Below the pieces are notes generated by a model. It saw only the letters and a program-made list of their open reading frames with translations, had not been told where the DNA came from and did not search any database. Position numbers and translations under genes: made by a program. From assembly GCA_963783375.1 (NCBI GenBank), contig CAWANH010000028.1:736001-800000 (forward strand): a DNA stretch of 64,000 bases. The letters run 5' to 3'. Positions within the stretch are counted from its first letter, which is position 1. Each line of letters begins with the position of its first letter. Shown piece after piece: positions 9,698 to 18,682 of this stretch. Source of the DNA: Candidatus Eiseniibacteriota bacterium (lineage in GTDB: Bacteria; Eisenbacteria; RBG-16-71-46; JABDJR01).

Positions 9698-10348
9698 CTA
9701 GTATCTGGCCTTCAATTCCCCCCAGCTCGCCGGCGCCGCCGGGGTCGGATTCGAGCGCGCGGTGTCGCTCCCGGTATAGATGAAGTCCCCGGAATTCGAG
9801 AGATTCCCGTTGGCGGCGTTTCCGGCCACGTAGAACCCGACGTCCCCCTGGTCGGCGTCGGGCGCGCTCCAGGTGACCGTCCACTCCACCGGGCTCGACG
9901 CTCCGGGCTTCAGGGTGTTGAAGTTCTGGGTGGCGTAGGGCCGGAGATGATAGAAGAACCGGCTCCCGATCACCGTGGTCAGGCTGGGGGAGGAAAAGGT
10001 CCCCGCGCCCTCCCCGTCGGACAACCGGGCCACCGTGAGCTCGAAACCCCAGCGGCGAAAGCCGTCAAACCGGGTCGAGGTCGAGGAGAGTCGGACGGTG
10101 ATGGGGTAGCTCGCGCCCGGGGTGTACCGGTCCGGCACCCCGACGAGCTCGACCTTCCCGTTCCCGTCGTTCACCGCGTGTCCGCTGTGGCAGCCGGCGT
10201 CGCTGCAGGTCCGCTCGGCGGAGACCGTTCCCAGCTTGGGAGCTCCGGTCCGCCCCGGTTGGGGGCCGGTGGAGTTGGCGACGGCCAGGGTGGCCCCCGC
10301 GCCGAGGATCAGGGCGGGGAGGAGGTACCGGAGCGTCCTTGGATGCAT
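9698..10348 (-). CDS. Secreted Reeler-like (choice-of-anchor V type) protein with C-terminal SWGxxK tail
   Basis: Signal peptide, ANSTGP...TGAP...CSDAGCH, WSAP, FYVAGNAANGN, ending PASWGELKARY. Confidence 0.7.
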   Translation of the reverse strand: MHPRTLRYLLPALILGAGATLAVANSTGPQPGRTGAPKLGTVSAERTCSDAGCHSGHAVNDGNGKVELVGVPDRYTPGASYPITVRLSSTSTRFDGFRRWGFELTVARLSDGEGAGTFSSPSLTTVIGSRFFYHLRPYATQNFNTLKPGASSPVEWTVTWSAPDADQGDVGFYVAGNAANGNLSNSGDFIYTGSDTARSNPTPAAPASWGELKARY

Positions 10349-10467
10349 GTGCTGTTCTCTCCGAGGGACGAAGGGAACGTCCCAAGACAAGCGCTCGAGT
10401 CATATGGACCAGGGCCCGGACCCTCCGCCGGACACCGAGGCCTCGGGGGGCGGACACTGAAGCCGCA

Positions 10468-10492
10468 TAACACCTTACAGTCTATATAATTA
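10468..10492. promoter_or_regulatory. 25-bp symmetric IHF-like site
   Basis: TAACACCTTACAGTCTATATAATTA, fits TAA-N4-TT-N7-AW-N4-TTA; lies in a divergent promoter region. Confidence 0.5.
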
Positions 10493-10580
10493 CAGGTGAT
10501 CCCCAACAGGAAGACCGGTCTCCGGCCCGCCGGGGGGCCGCCCACGGTCCTCATACCCCCGCGGCCGGCCCCCCGTTCCC

Positions 10581-10608
10581 TGCAACCCGGCCCCCGGCGG
10601 CTGCGTAT
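10581..10608 (+). promoter_or_regulatory. ECF sigma-factor promoter 1
   Basis: TGCAAC-N17-CGTAT. Confidence 0.55.
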
Positions 10609-10648
10609 CCTGGGACACGAACGCCGGGAGCGGCCGGTCGATCCGGAG

Positions 10649-10677
10649 TGCAACGTTTTTCCCGCCTCGGACGTCTT
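10649..10677 (+). promoter_or_regulatory. ECF sigma-factor promoter 2
   Basis: TGCAAC-N17-CGTCTT, 20 nt upstream of ATG 10698. Confidence 0.6.
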
Positions 10678-10697
10678 ACCCCACAGGGAGGCTGATC

Positions 10698-11261
10698 ATG
10701 AAGAAGCAACTCGTCCTCATCGCCGCACTGGCCCTGGCGGTCCTGGTCCCGGCTCAGAGCTTCGCCTCGAAGAACCGGGACAAGTCCAAGGACGCCTGGA
10801 TCCACATCGAGGTCCACGAGAACGGGGATGACGGCGACAGGGTGAACGTGAACCTGCCCCTTTCCCTGGCCGACGTGGCGCTTCAGAGCACCATCGAGGA
10901 GCACGGCCTCTCCGAGGGAAAGATCTCGATCGACGACAGCGACATCTCGGTGAGCGATCTCCGGAGGATGTGGCGCGAGCTGAAGAACGCCGGTGACGCC
11001 GAATTCGTCACCGTCGAAGGAAAAGACGAAAACGTGAAGATCTACCGCAAGGGTGATCGGGTCTTCGTGGATGTGGACGACCACTCCGAGGACCAGACGG
11101 TGCGGATCGAGATGCCGGTGATGGTGGTGGACGCGCTCCTCGGCGGCGAGGACGACCGGCTCGATCTCCGGGCCGCGATTGCTCAGCTCAAGGATCTGGG
11201 GACGGGCGACATCGTGCGGGTCGAGGGTGGTGACGAGCACGTTCGGATCTGGATCGACTGA
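10698..11261 (+). CDS. Secreted hypothetical protein with a two-fold internal repeat
   Basis: Signal peptide MKKQLVLIAALALAVLVPAQSFA; GGAGG RBS; repeated VxV(N/E)(L/M)P...VxI(Y/W) units. Confidence 0.8.
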   Translation: MKKQLVLIAALALAVLVPAQSFASKNRDKSKDAWIHIEVHENGDDGDRVNVNLPLSLADVALQSTIEEHGLSEGKISIDDSDISVSDLRRMWRELKNAGDAEFVTVEGKDENVKIYRKGDRVFVDVDDHSEDQTVRIEMPVMVVDALLGGEDDRLDLRAAIAQLKDLGTGDIVRVEGGDEHVRIWID

Positions 11262-11371
11262 CCGGCCCGGACGGCGGCTCCTCTCCGGCGGATTCGGGCT
11301 CGTGAAGACGGATGGACGGTAACCCCTGACCCCTCGGGGGCCCAAGGCAGCGTGATTCAAGGGGGACCGAC

Positions 11372-11890
11372 ATGTTGAAGCTAGGCATCTTTCTCGCGGC
11401 ACCGTTCCTGCTGGTGGCCATGGTCTTCGGAGCGACCGGCGTCGCGGTGGTGAACGTCCAGGAGGCGGGCCCCGGCGGTACCCACCTGGTGATTCCGGTG
11501 CCCCTCGTCCTGGCCCAGGCCGCATTGACCTTTGCGCCGCACGACGCCAAGTACGTGGAGTGCCCCGACCTCGCTCCCTTTGCCCCCATCGCCGAAAAGG
11601 TAATGGCCGAGCTCAGGAAGGCTCCCGACTTCACCCTGGTCGAAGTGCAGCAGGACGACCAGCACATCGTGATCAGGAAGATCGGGAAGTGCCTGGAGGT
11701 GAACGTCGAAGACGGCGACGAGACCGTCCACTGCCGGGTGCCGCTCAAGGCGGCGGAACGGTTCCTGGCCGCCTATGACGGGCATGGATTCCCGACCAAG
11801 GCGGCGATCTGGGCCCTGCGCGGCGCGCCGCGCGGCGAGCTGGTCCACGTGAACGACGGCGAGGACGAGGTTTCGATCCGGATCCTCTAA
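11372..11890 (+). CDS. Membrane-anchored or secreted hypothetical protein, probable paralog of 10698..11261
   Basis: N-terminal hydrophobic segment; same architecture (LVIPVPL...LVEV...HIVIRK...VHCRVPL...LVHV...VSIRI). Confidence 0.75.
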   Translation: MLKLGIFLAAPFLLVAMVFGATGVAVVNVQEAGPGGTHLVIPVPLVLAQAALTFAPHDAKYVECPDLAPFAPIAEKVMAELRKAPDFTLVEVQQDDQHIVIRKIGKCLEVNVEDGDETVHCRVPLKAAERFLAAYDGHGFPTKAAIWALRGAPRGELVHVNDGEDEVSIRIL

Positions 11891-11968
11891 GGCTCTGGTG
11901 CTCTGGGACGGCGCCCCCCGGGGCGCGCCGTCCCGCGGGCCATCGGTTTCCCCAACTCCCCTGGGGAC

Positions 11969-12022
11969 GGCGGGCGCCCTCCGGCGGCAACTCCGCTGCC
12001 GGAACGGGCCCGCCTTTTTCTT
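11969..12022 (+). terminator. Rho-independent terminator
   Basis: Long GC stem (ggcgggc..tccggcggc/gctgccgga..gcccgcc) followed by TTTTTCTT. Confidence 0.7.
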
Positions 12023-12205
12023 GCCCCTCACCCCCCGGCCCGCTCCACCGGCGCGCGGTTGCGCCGGTCCGGTCGCGACCCGGCTGGGGGCGGTCTCCTT
12101 GACCCCACCCCCCAAAAAAGGCCAAAATGGTCGGGTTTCGGGTCGGCGCGCCGGCCTCCGGCGTCCCATCCCTTGCGCTCCCGGTCCCCGGCTGAAGGAG
12201 CCCCC

Positions 12206-13264
12206 GTGCGTCTGTCGTCCGCCTTCGGTGACCGTGTACGCCGCGCCCTGGCGTCGGGCGGGGGCTTAGCGGTGACCCTGGTCATCCTGATCACCCTCGC
12301 CGCCCCCGGTCCGGCCCGGTCGGGGACCGCCGATCGCCCGGAGCAGGTGCGCGGGGTCATCGTCTCCACCCACACCGACGGAAGCGACTGGGCCTCGCCG
12401 GAAATGGGCTCCACCCTGAGCGACATCAAGAGCCTGGGGGCGGACTGGGTGTGCATCCATCCCTACGCGTGGATCCGGGGGGACGGCACGGTGAGCTTTC
12501 GGCCCATCGATCCCGCCGACCCGCCGGAGGAGCTCGCGCGCCCCATCGCCGAGGCCCACGCCCAGGGGCTCAAGATCTGCATCAAGCCGCACCTGGGCTA
12601 CTGGGGATCCCCCTTCCGCTGGCGGGGGGACATCAGCTTCACCACCGACGAGGCGTGGAAGCGCTTCTTCACCGACTACGAGCGCTGGGTGGTGAAGCTG
12701 GCCGGGGCCACCCGGAACGCCGACGGGTTCGTGGTGGGAACCGAGCTGGACAGCACCCTGACCCACGAAGCCGAATGGCGCGAAATCATCGCCGCGGTGC
12801 GCGCGGTCACCCCGGTCGCGCTCAGCTACGGGGCCAACTGGACCCATTATCGACGGGTGCCGTTCTGGGACGCCCTGGACGCGATCGGGATCCAGGCCTA
12901 CTTTCCCCTCACCGACGTCGTCCACCCCGATTCCGTCCAGGTGGCCGCGGGTTGGGCGCGGCTCATGAACGATCTCCACGGCTATGCGGAGTCCCAGAAC
13001 CGGAAGATCGTATTCACCGAGCTGGGCTACAACCGGGCCTACGACGCGCCAAACCGCCCGTGGGCCTACCGGGTGGACGGGGAGGACGCCGAGCGCATGC
13101 AGGCGCTCTGCCTCGGGGCCGCGCTTCGCGCGGTCGAGAACGAACCGGACGTGGTCGGGGTGTTCCTGTGGAAGTGGTTCCCCAACCCGCATCCGGTCGG
13201 TCGGAACTTCCAGCTCGCCACCCCGAACCTGAAGCGCGTGATCGCCCGGGCCTGGTCGGAGTAG
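12206..13264 (+). CDS. Glycoside hydrolase family 113-like TIM-barrel protein
   Basis: IKPHL, WRGDI, VGTEL, YGANW, FWDALDAIGIQAYFPL, FTELGY, GVFLWKW; start approximate. Confidence 0.8.
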   Translation: MRLSSAFGDRVRRALASGGGLAVTLVILITLAAPGPARSGTADRPEQVRGVIVSTHTDGSDWASPEMGSTLSDIKSLGADWVCIHPYAWIRGDGTVSFRPIDPADPPEELARPIAEAHAQGLKICIKPHLGYWGSPFRWRGDISFTTDEAWKRFFTDYERWVVKLAGATRNADGFVVGTELDSTLTHEAEWREIIAAVRAVTPVALSYGANWTHYRRVPFWDALDAIGIQAYFPLTDVVHPDSVQVAAGWARLMNDLHGYAESQNRKIVFTELGYNRAYDAPNRPWAYRVDGEDAERMQALCLGAALRAVENEPDVVGVFLWKWFPNPHPVGRNFQLATPNLKRVIARAWSE

Positions 13265-13288
13265 CCCTCCGCCGGGAGGAGCCCCATC

Positions 13289-13891
13289 ATGCTCATCGAA
13301 CACCGCGGCCGCCGACCGCGCGTTCACGAGACCGCCTACGTCGCCCCCACGGCGGTTCTCTGCGGGGACGTGACCGTGGGCGCGGAGAGCCGGGTCCTCT
13401 TCGGCGCGGTAATCACCGCCGAAGGAGGCCCGGTGGAGATCGGGGAGCGGTGCGTGGTCATGGAGAACGCGGTCGTCCGGGGGAGCGCCCGGTTCCCGGT
13501 CCGAATCGGCCGGCATGTCCTGGTGGGCCCGAGGGCCTACCTCACCGGCTGCACGGTGGAGGCGGACGCGTTTCTGGCCACCGGATCCACCGTGTTCAAC
13601 GGGGCCCGGATCGGTGCCCGCGCCGAAGTGCGAATCAACGGAGTGGTCCACCTGAAGACCGCGCTTCCCCCCGGCGCCACCGTTCCCATCGGCTGGGTCG
13701 CGGTGGGGGATCCCGCCGAGATCCTCCCTCCCGGCGAGCACGGCCGCATCTGGTCGATCCAGAAGCAGCTGGATTTCCCGGGGACGGTGTTCGGCCTCGC
13801 GCGCGCGCCCGAAGGGGAGACGATCATGCCCGAGCTCACCCGGCGTTACACCGACGCCCTGGCCGCGCACCGCAAGGACCGCGAGATCTGA
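13289..13891 (+). CDS. Gamma-carbonic-anhydrase family (PaaY/CaiE-like) hexapeptide-repeat protein
   Basis: AYVAPTAVLCGDVTVG and hexapeptide repeats. Confidence 0.85.
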   Translation: MLIEHRGRRPRVHETAYVAPTAVLCGDVTVGAESRVLFGAVITAEGGPVEIGERCVVMENAVVRGSARFPVRIGRHVLVGPRAYLTGCTVEADAFLATGSTVFNGARIGARAEVRINGVVHLKTALPPGATVPIGWVAVGDPAEILPPGEHGRIWSIQKQLDFPGTVFGLARAPEGETIMPELTRRYTDALAAHRKDREI

Positions 13892-14030
13892 GACCGGCCG
13901 CGCCCCCCGGGACGCCCCACGCACCTAACCCACACTCCCCCAAGGAGATACCCGGGCACACCGAATACAAGCGATTTCGGTTGTATTCGTGGCGCCAACC
14001 GGCGGCCTCCGGGACCGGACCGCAGCACCC

Positions 14031-14046
14031 TGTTCCCCCGGGGACA
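14031..14046. promoter_or_regulatory. Candidate enhancer (UAS) for a sigma54 activator
   Basis: Near-palindrome TGTTCCCCCGGGGACA (TGT-N10-ACA) about 110 bp upstream of a -24/-12 element. Confidence 0.45.
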
Positions 14047-14104
14047 CAGCGGAGCGGGCGCCGGGGCCTCGGCGGGCGAGGTGGGACACGGAGGGGTAGC
14101 CACG

Positions 14105-14129
14105 CAATCCGCACGCAGTCAATTAGTTA
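14105..14129. promoter_or_regulatory. IHF-like site between UAS and sigma54 promoter
   Basis: CAATCCGCACGCAGTCAATTAGTTA contains TCAA-N4-TTA. Confidence 0.55.
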
Positions 14130-14155
14130 TGGTTGCGTCGGGACGGCCGCCCGGC

Positions 14156-14172
14156 TTGGCACGACGCCTGCT
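14156..14172 (+). promoter_or_regulatory. Sigma54 (-24/-12) promoter
   Basis: TTGGCACGACGCCTGCT: TGGCACG with exact GG-N10-GC spacing. Confidence 0.7.
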
Positions 14173-14264
14173 TTACAGGACGGCAGCACCGGGCCGGCGG
14201 CTCCGAGCGCCGGCGCCGGCAACGACCACCGACCACGGACGGGGCCCCGGAAAGGAGATCGGAC

Positions 14265-14954
14265 ATGAACACGAGACGGAGGATCCATCGGAGTTGGGTG
14301 ACGGGGGTGATCGCCGCCGCCGCGCTGTCCCTGGGCGCCGGCTCGGTGATCGCGACCGCCGAGGCCGCGCCCCAGGCCCGCGGCAAGGCGCGACCCGAGC
14401 AGAAAGCGCGTGGGAAGCAGCAAGCGCCGCGCGGCCAGAAGCAGAAGGCCAAGCAGGGAAACGCGGGTCGCTACCAACGAGGCGACCAGGGGAAGCGGGG
14501 CGATCGGTCCTCGGCTCGACACGAAAGCCGCCGGAACGACGACCGCGGAAGCTACCAGCACCATCGCGGGGACTCCCGGCGGGGCCACGTCGACCGGGAT
14601 CGCTTCGTCACCGGGCGCCGCCACGCGCGGGTGATCGTGAACCACCGCCGGCCCAGTTACCTCCCCCGGGTGATCTATCGTTCCCGGCCGGTTCACGTCC
14701 GCCCGTGGTTCCAGGACACGCGGCGTATCTACGTCGACGGTAGCCCGTTCTTCTTCAGCGCCGGGCTGGGGATCTACGTGGGTGGGCTGGCCATCAACAT
14801 CCAGGTCGGCGACGTGCCCCCGGTGGGCTACGTCTTCTACGACCCCTTCTGCGGGGAGACCTTCTGGTCGGTGGCCGACTACAACGTGCACCTGCGCTTC
14901 CACGACCACCCGGGGGCGCTGAGCCTGATCCGCGTGGAATACAACGACTATTGA
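14265..14954 (+). CDS. Secreted protein with low-complexity basic region and C-terminal zinc-finger-like motif
   Basis: AAGGAG RBS, signal peptide, Q/K/R/G-rich tract, FYDPFCGETFWSVADYNVHLRFHDH. Confidence 0.75.
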   Translation: MNTRRRIHRSWVTGVIAAAALSLGAGSVIATAEAAPQARGKARPEQKARGKQQAPRGQKQKAKQGNAGRYQRGDQGKRGDRSSARHESRRNDDRGSYQHHRGDSRRGHVDRDRFVTGRRHARVIVNHRRPSYLPRVIYRSRPVHVRPWFQDTRRIYVDGSPFFFSAGLGIYVGGLAINIQVGDVPPVGYVFYDPFCGETFWSVADYNVHLRFHDHPGALSLIRVEYNDY

Positions 14955-15279
14955 TCCGGTGCGCTCGCGAAGTCCCGCGTGATCGGGCTTCGTGAGCGGG
15001 GCCGGTCCGGGGTTCGAGAGGGGAACCCGGCCCGGGCGGGTCGCGCTATCCAAGCCGGCGACGGCCCGTCCGGGACGGTTCTTCGGATCCTCCAGGGATC
15101 GCTCCGTGAGAGCCCGGGGACGCGCGATGGACGGAGAACCCGGGCTCGACGAGGCTCCCCCAAGGGAGCGACGATCCGGCAGGCATTTGCCGGTCCGGGT
15201 GGGCCGATTCCCGGCTCACGGTTCGCCCGGGCCGGCATCTTCTTGCCCCCCCGCGCGAGGGGCTTTACGATCCCATCCC

Positions 15280-16428
15280 ATGTCGAGCACACCCTGCCCC
15301 GATCTCCCCGCCCCCGAGTTCCAGGAGCGCGCCCGCGCGCTCCATCAGCGCGCCTTCATCATGGACGGCCACGTGGACACCCTCTCGGAGATGCTGGACC
15401 GGGGCTACGATCTGGGGACCGCGCCGGAGGACGCCCACCTCTCCTGGGAGAAGATTGCCGCGGGGGGTCTCAAGGCCCAGCTCTTCGCCTGCTACGTCTC
15501 CCCCAAGTTCCTTCCCGGCCGCTGCGCCGCGCACGTGGACCGGCTGATCGACCGGTTCGAGGAGGAGGTCGCGCGCCGGCCGGACCGGCTCGCCGCGTGC
15601 CGCACCGCCGCCGACCTGGACGCGGCCGGCAAGGCCGGAAAGTTCGGGGGGATGCTCTCCATCGAGGGCGGCCACGCCATCGAGGATTCGCTGGACACGC
15701 TCCGCCGTTTTCACGCGCGCGGGGTCCGGGCCATGACCCTGACCTGGAACAACACGAACAACTGGGCCGATGGGTGCGGTCCCATGGACCGGTCGCTGAA
15801 GCAGCACGGCGGCCTCACCGACTTCGGCCGGAAGGTCGTGGGCGCCATGGAAGAGATCGGAATGGCGGTGGACATCTCCCACGTCGCCCCCGCCACGTTT
15901 CGGGACGTTTTGGCGTGCGCGACCAAGAGCCCCTTCGCCAGCCACTCCTCCACCAAGCGCTTCAACGATCACCGCCGGAACCTCGATGACGCGCAGATGC
16001 GCGCGCTGGCCGATCGCGGGGGCGTGATGGGGATCTGCTTCGCCAGCGGCTTCCTGATGGACGAATCCCGGGCCTGGTCCCGGGCCAAGGAGACGCCGGA
16101 CTACGCGGCGGTCACCGACCGCACCGACATGAAGGACTTCGCCGGCATCAGCGACGAGGAGTACACGGTCTACAATCGCTTCGTCCCCCGCGCCACCCTG
16201 GCCGACGCGGTGGACCACGCCGACCACGCGCTCCGGGTGATGGGCGCCGGGGCGGTGGCCCTGGGGGGGGACTTCGACGGCGCCCGCCGGTTCCCGGTGG
16301 GGCTCGAACACGTGGGGAAGCTCCCCCACTTGACCGCTGGGCTCCTGGAGCGCGGGTGGAAGGAAGAGGAGCTGACCGGCCTTCTGGGGGAGAACCTTCT
16401 CGGGTATTTCCGCCGTGTCCTCGGCTGA
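15280..16428 (+). CDS. Membrane dipeptidase (peptidase M19)
   Basis: DGHVD, SIEGG, LTWN, VDISH, ASHSS, RNLDD, GGDFDG. Confidence 0.92.
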   Translation: MSSTPCPDLPAPEFQERARALHQRAFIMDGHVDTLSEMLDRGYDLGTAPEDAHLSWEKIAAGGLKAQLFACYVSPKFLPGRCAAHVDRLIDRFEEEVARRPDRLAACRTAADLDAAGKAGKFGGMLSIEGGHAIEDSLDTLRRFHARGVRAMTLTWNNTNNWADGCGPMDRSLKQHGGLTDFGRKVVGAMEEIGMAVDISHVAPATFRDVLACATKSPFASHSSTKRFNDHRRNLDDAQMRALADRGGVMGICFASGFLMDESRAWSRAKETPDYAAVTDRTDMKDFAGISDEEYTVYNRFVPRATLADAVDHADHALRVMGAGAVALGGDFDGARRFPVGLEHVGKLPHLTAGLLERGWKEEELTGLLGENLLGYFRRVLG

Positions 16429-16960
16429 TCCGGCCCCGGTGTTCGCGGTCCACGAGGCCACCGCGCGTCCCCTGACCCCCCGCGACGGCCCGGCGCTCCA
16501 GGCGCTGATCGAGCGCGCCGCCGACTACATCGAGCTTCTCACCGGCCTCCCCCCCGGCCCCGCCGACGGCCGGCGCCTCCTGACCGACCTCCCCGAAGGA
16601 AAGACCTACGAGGACAAGTTCGTTCTGGGCGTCCTGGATTCCGGCGGCGCCTTGATCGGCGTGTTCGACGCGATCCGGGACCACCCGGCTCGCGGCACCT
16701 GGCTGATCGGGTTGATGCTGCTGGATCCGGCGTGGCGCGGACGGGGTTTCGGCCGCCGACTGTTCGAGGGGTTCGCGGGATGGGTCGAGGGGCGGGGCGC
16801 GACCATGCTCCGGATCGGCGTGGTGGAGCACAATCCCGACGCGCTCCGGTTCTGGGCGCGGGTGGGGTTCCGGGAGGTGGAGCGCACCGCGCCGAGGCGT
16901 TTCGGGAGCCGGGAGGGGCGGGTGGTGGTGATGCAGCTCCCCCTGGATTCACCGGGATGA
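16415..16960 (+). CDS. GNAT N-acetyltransferase
   Basis: LDPAWRGRGFG acetyl-CoA motif; NPDALRFWARVGF. Confidence 0.88.
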   Translation: MSSADPAPVFAVHEATARPLTPRDGPALQALIERAADYIELLTGLPPGPADGRRLLTDLPEGKTYEDKFVLGVLDSGGALIGVFDAIRDHPARGTWLIGLMLLDPAWRGRGFGRRLFEGFAGWVEGRGATMLRIGVVEHNPDALRFWARVGFREVERTAPRRFGSREGRVVVMQLPLDSPG

Positions 16961-16994
16961 TCGCGCGCCGGGCGCTCGCGGAAGGAAGCCGGCG

Positions 16995-17471
16995 CTACGC
17001 CGTCGCCTCGTCTTCCTCGCTGGAAAACAGCACCGCGCCGGCGGGGTCCACCACCTCCACGTCGACCTCGATCCCCTTCCGCACGCTCTCGGTCACCACG
17101 CAGTAGTCCTCGAAGAGGCTCAGGCAGCGGCCCATGCGGTTGGGATCCTCGCCGGTGTCCAGCTCGATCCGGACCGACACCCCACCCACGCGGAGCCGCT
17201 TGTTCTCGTTCCGGACGATCCGCCCCTCCACCGTGGTCTTCATCCCCGTGGGCTCGATCTTGGCCTTGCGGAGGCAGAAGATGAGGCTCGCGCTCAGGCA
17301 GTTTCCCACCGCGGCCGCGAGCAGGCGGGAGGCGTTGGGCCCGCGCTGCCCCCCCATGGGGACCGGCTCGTCCAGCAGCAGGTCGTCCACCCCGTCCCAG
17401 TCGAACCGAACCTTGAACTCGTAATCCTCGAGGCGCTCGAGGGTGATCGTGAACCGGGGATCCTCCGCCAT
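16995..17471 (-). CDS. OsmC family protein
   Basis: GPNASRLLAAAVGNCL and FEDYCVVTESVRKG. Confidence 0.85.
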   Translation of the reverse strand: MAEDPRFTITLERLEDYEFKVRFDWDGVDDLLLDEPVPMGGQRGPNASRLLAAAVGNCLSASLIFCLRKAKIEPTGMKTTVEGRIVRNENKRLRVGGVSVRIELDTGEDPNRMGRCLSLFEDYCVVTESVRKGIEVDVEVVDPAGAVLFSSEEDEATA

Positions 17472-17598
17472 GTCACCGCCTCCTCGTTGAATCGCCCCGT
17501 CCCGCCCCGGGCTCCGTGAACGGCCCGGCCAAGAAGAGGATGAGAGTCGGTGACGGCTTGGGGGAAAGTGCCCCCACCGACTCCCGTCCCCAAATCGA

Positions 17599-18252
17599 TT
17601 ATGCGGGCTGGGGCGCCGCGGCGGCCAGAACCTGATCGAGGAAGGCGTCCTCGGGGAGCATTCCCTCCGCCGCCGACCGTTCGTTGGCCACGGTCTTGGG
17701 CACCCCCATCACGTCATAGCGCATGCTCAGCTCGGGGAACTCGGTGGCCTCGACCATGTCCGCGGTCACCAGGTCGGTCTCCATGGCGAACTTGTGGGCC
17801 AGCCGCACCGCGCCGGGGCAGTAGGGGCAGGTGGGAGTGACGAAGACCTGGATGTGCACCGGCTCGCTCAAGGCGTGGAGCCGCTTCTTGGAGGCGTCGG
17901 AAAGGCCGCTCTCTCCGGTCGAGACCATGACGAGATCCTCGAGCAGGCTCGCGAACTCGTAGCCCGCCGGGATTCCGTAGTAGCGGATCCCGTAGTCCCG
18001 TTTGCCGATCAGGGCGATGGCCGGGATCTTCTCGATGTTGTATTCCGCCGCCTTCGCCGCGTCCTTCACCAGATCGTAGACTTCGATCTGGATCTTGTCG
18101 TTCAGCGCGGCGAGATCTTTCAGGAGATCATGGGTCTCCTTGCAGAACTGACACTCGAACTCCTGGGTGAAGAGAACCACCTTGACCGGATCGGTCATCT
18201 CGGCCAACCGCTCCGCCACCTTGGGCTTGTCCTTGTCCTGAAGCATGCTCAT
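17599..18252 (-). CDS. Protein disulfide oxidoreductase (two thioredoxin folds, AhpF-NTD-like)
   Basis: CQFC and CPYC, GIPAGYEFASL, VMGVPKT. Confidence 0.9.
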   Translation of the reverse strand: MSMLQDKDKPKVAERLAEMTDPVKVVLFTQEFECQFCKETHDLLKDLAALNDKIQIEVYDLVKDAAKAAEYNIEKIPAIALIGKRDYGIRYYGIPAGYEFASLLEDLVMVSTGESGLSDASKKRLHALSEPVHIQVFVTPTCPYCPGAVRLAHKFAMETDLVTADMVEATEFPELSMRYDVMGVPKTVANERSAAEGMLPEDAFLDQVLAAAAPQPA

Positions 18253-18363
18253 CGCGGTCGTCCCCGCCTTTCCGGCTGTCCAGCAAGCCGTTTCGTTCCA
18301 GTGCGTTGGGCCCCCGTTCCGGACCGGCCCGGGCGCCCCGTTCAAGGGGAGGGACGCCGAACC

Positions 18364-18676
18364 GGCCCGGTGGTCACAGCCTCAGGGCCCTTCCCCGGCG
18401 TTTCCCATGGGGAGGTGGCGGCCCGGCCCGGGAAGATCGGGCACCTGCCCCGATCCGAGGAAGCGGCCTCTTCGACGGAACGGGGGTGAACAAGCATGTG
18501 TGATCGTGACGTCGAGGAGGGTGCGGCGAGTGAACGGGCCCCGTTTCGTCGAAGGAGAGCGCGAAGGAGCGTCCCGTGGACGGTCCGAGCGCTCGCGCCC
18601 GAGGAGGTCCGGGGCATGACCGCGAAGACCCCGGCCGGGCCACCGAGCGCCAGGACGAGGGGAGGCGGGACGGGGA
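18364..18676 (+). ncRNA. Candidate multi-helix, GGA-rich small RNA
   Basis: 16-bp stem 18470-18485/18539-18554 with one G-U pair, several further hairpins, many GGA motifs; no credible ORF. Confidence 0.3.
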
Positions 18677-18682
18677 TCGGCG

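Noticed and set aside
18370-18430. Cobalamin-riboswitch-like GCCAC...GGGAAGG on the minus strand
   Set aside because: The 5' core and the 3' B12-box are missing
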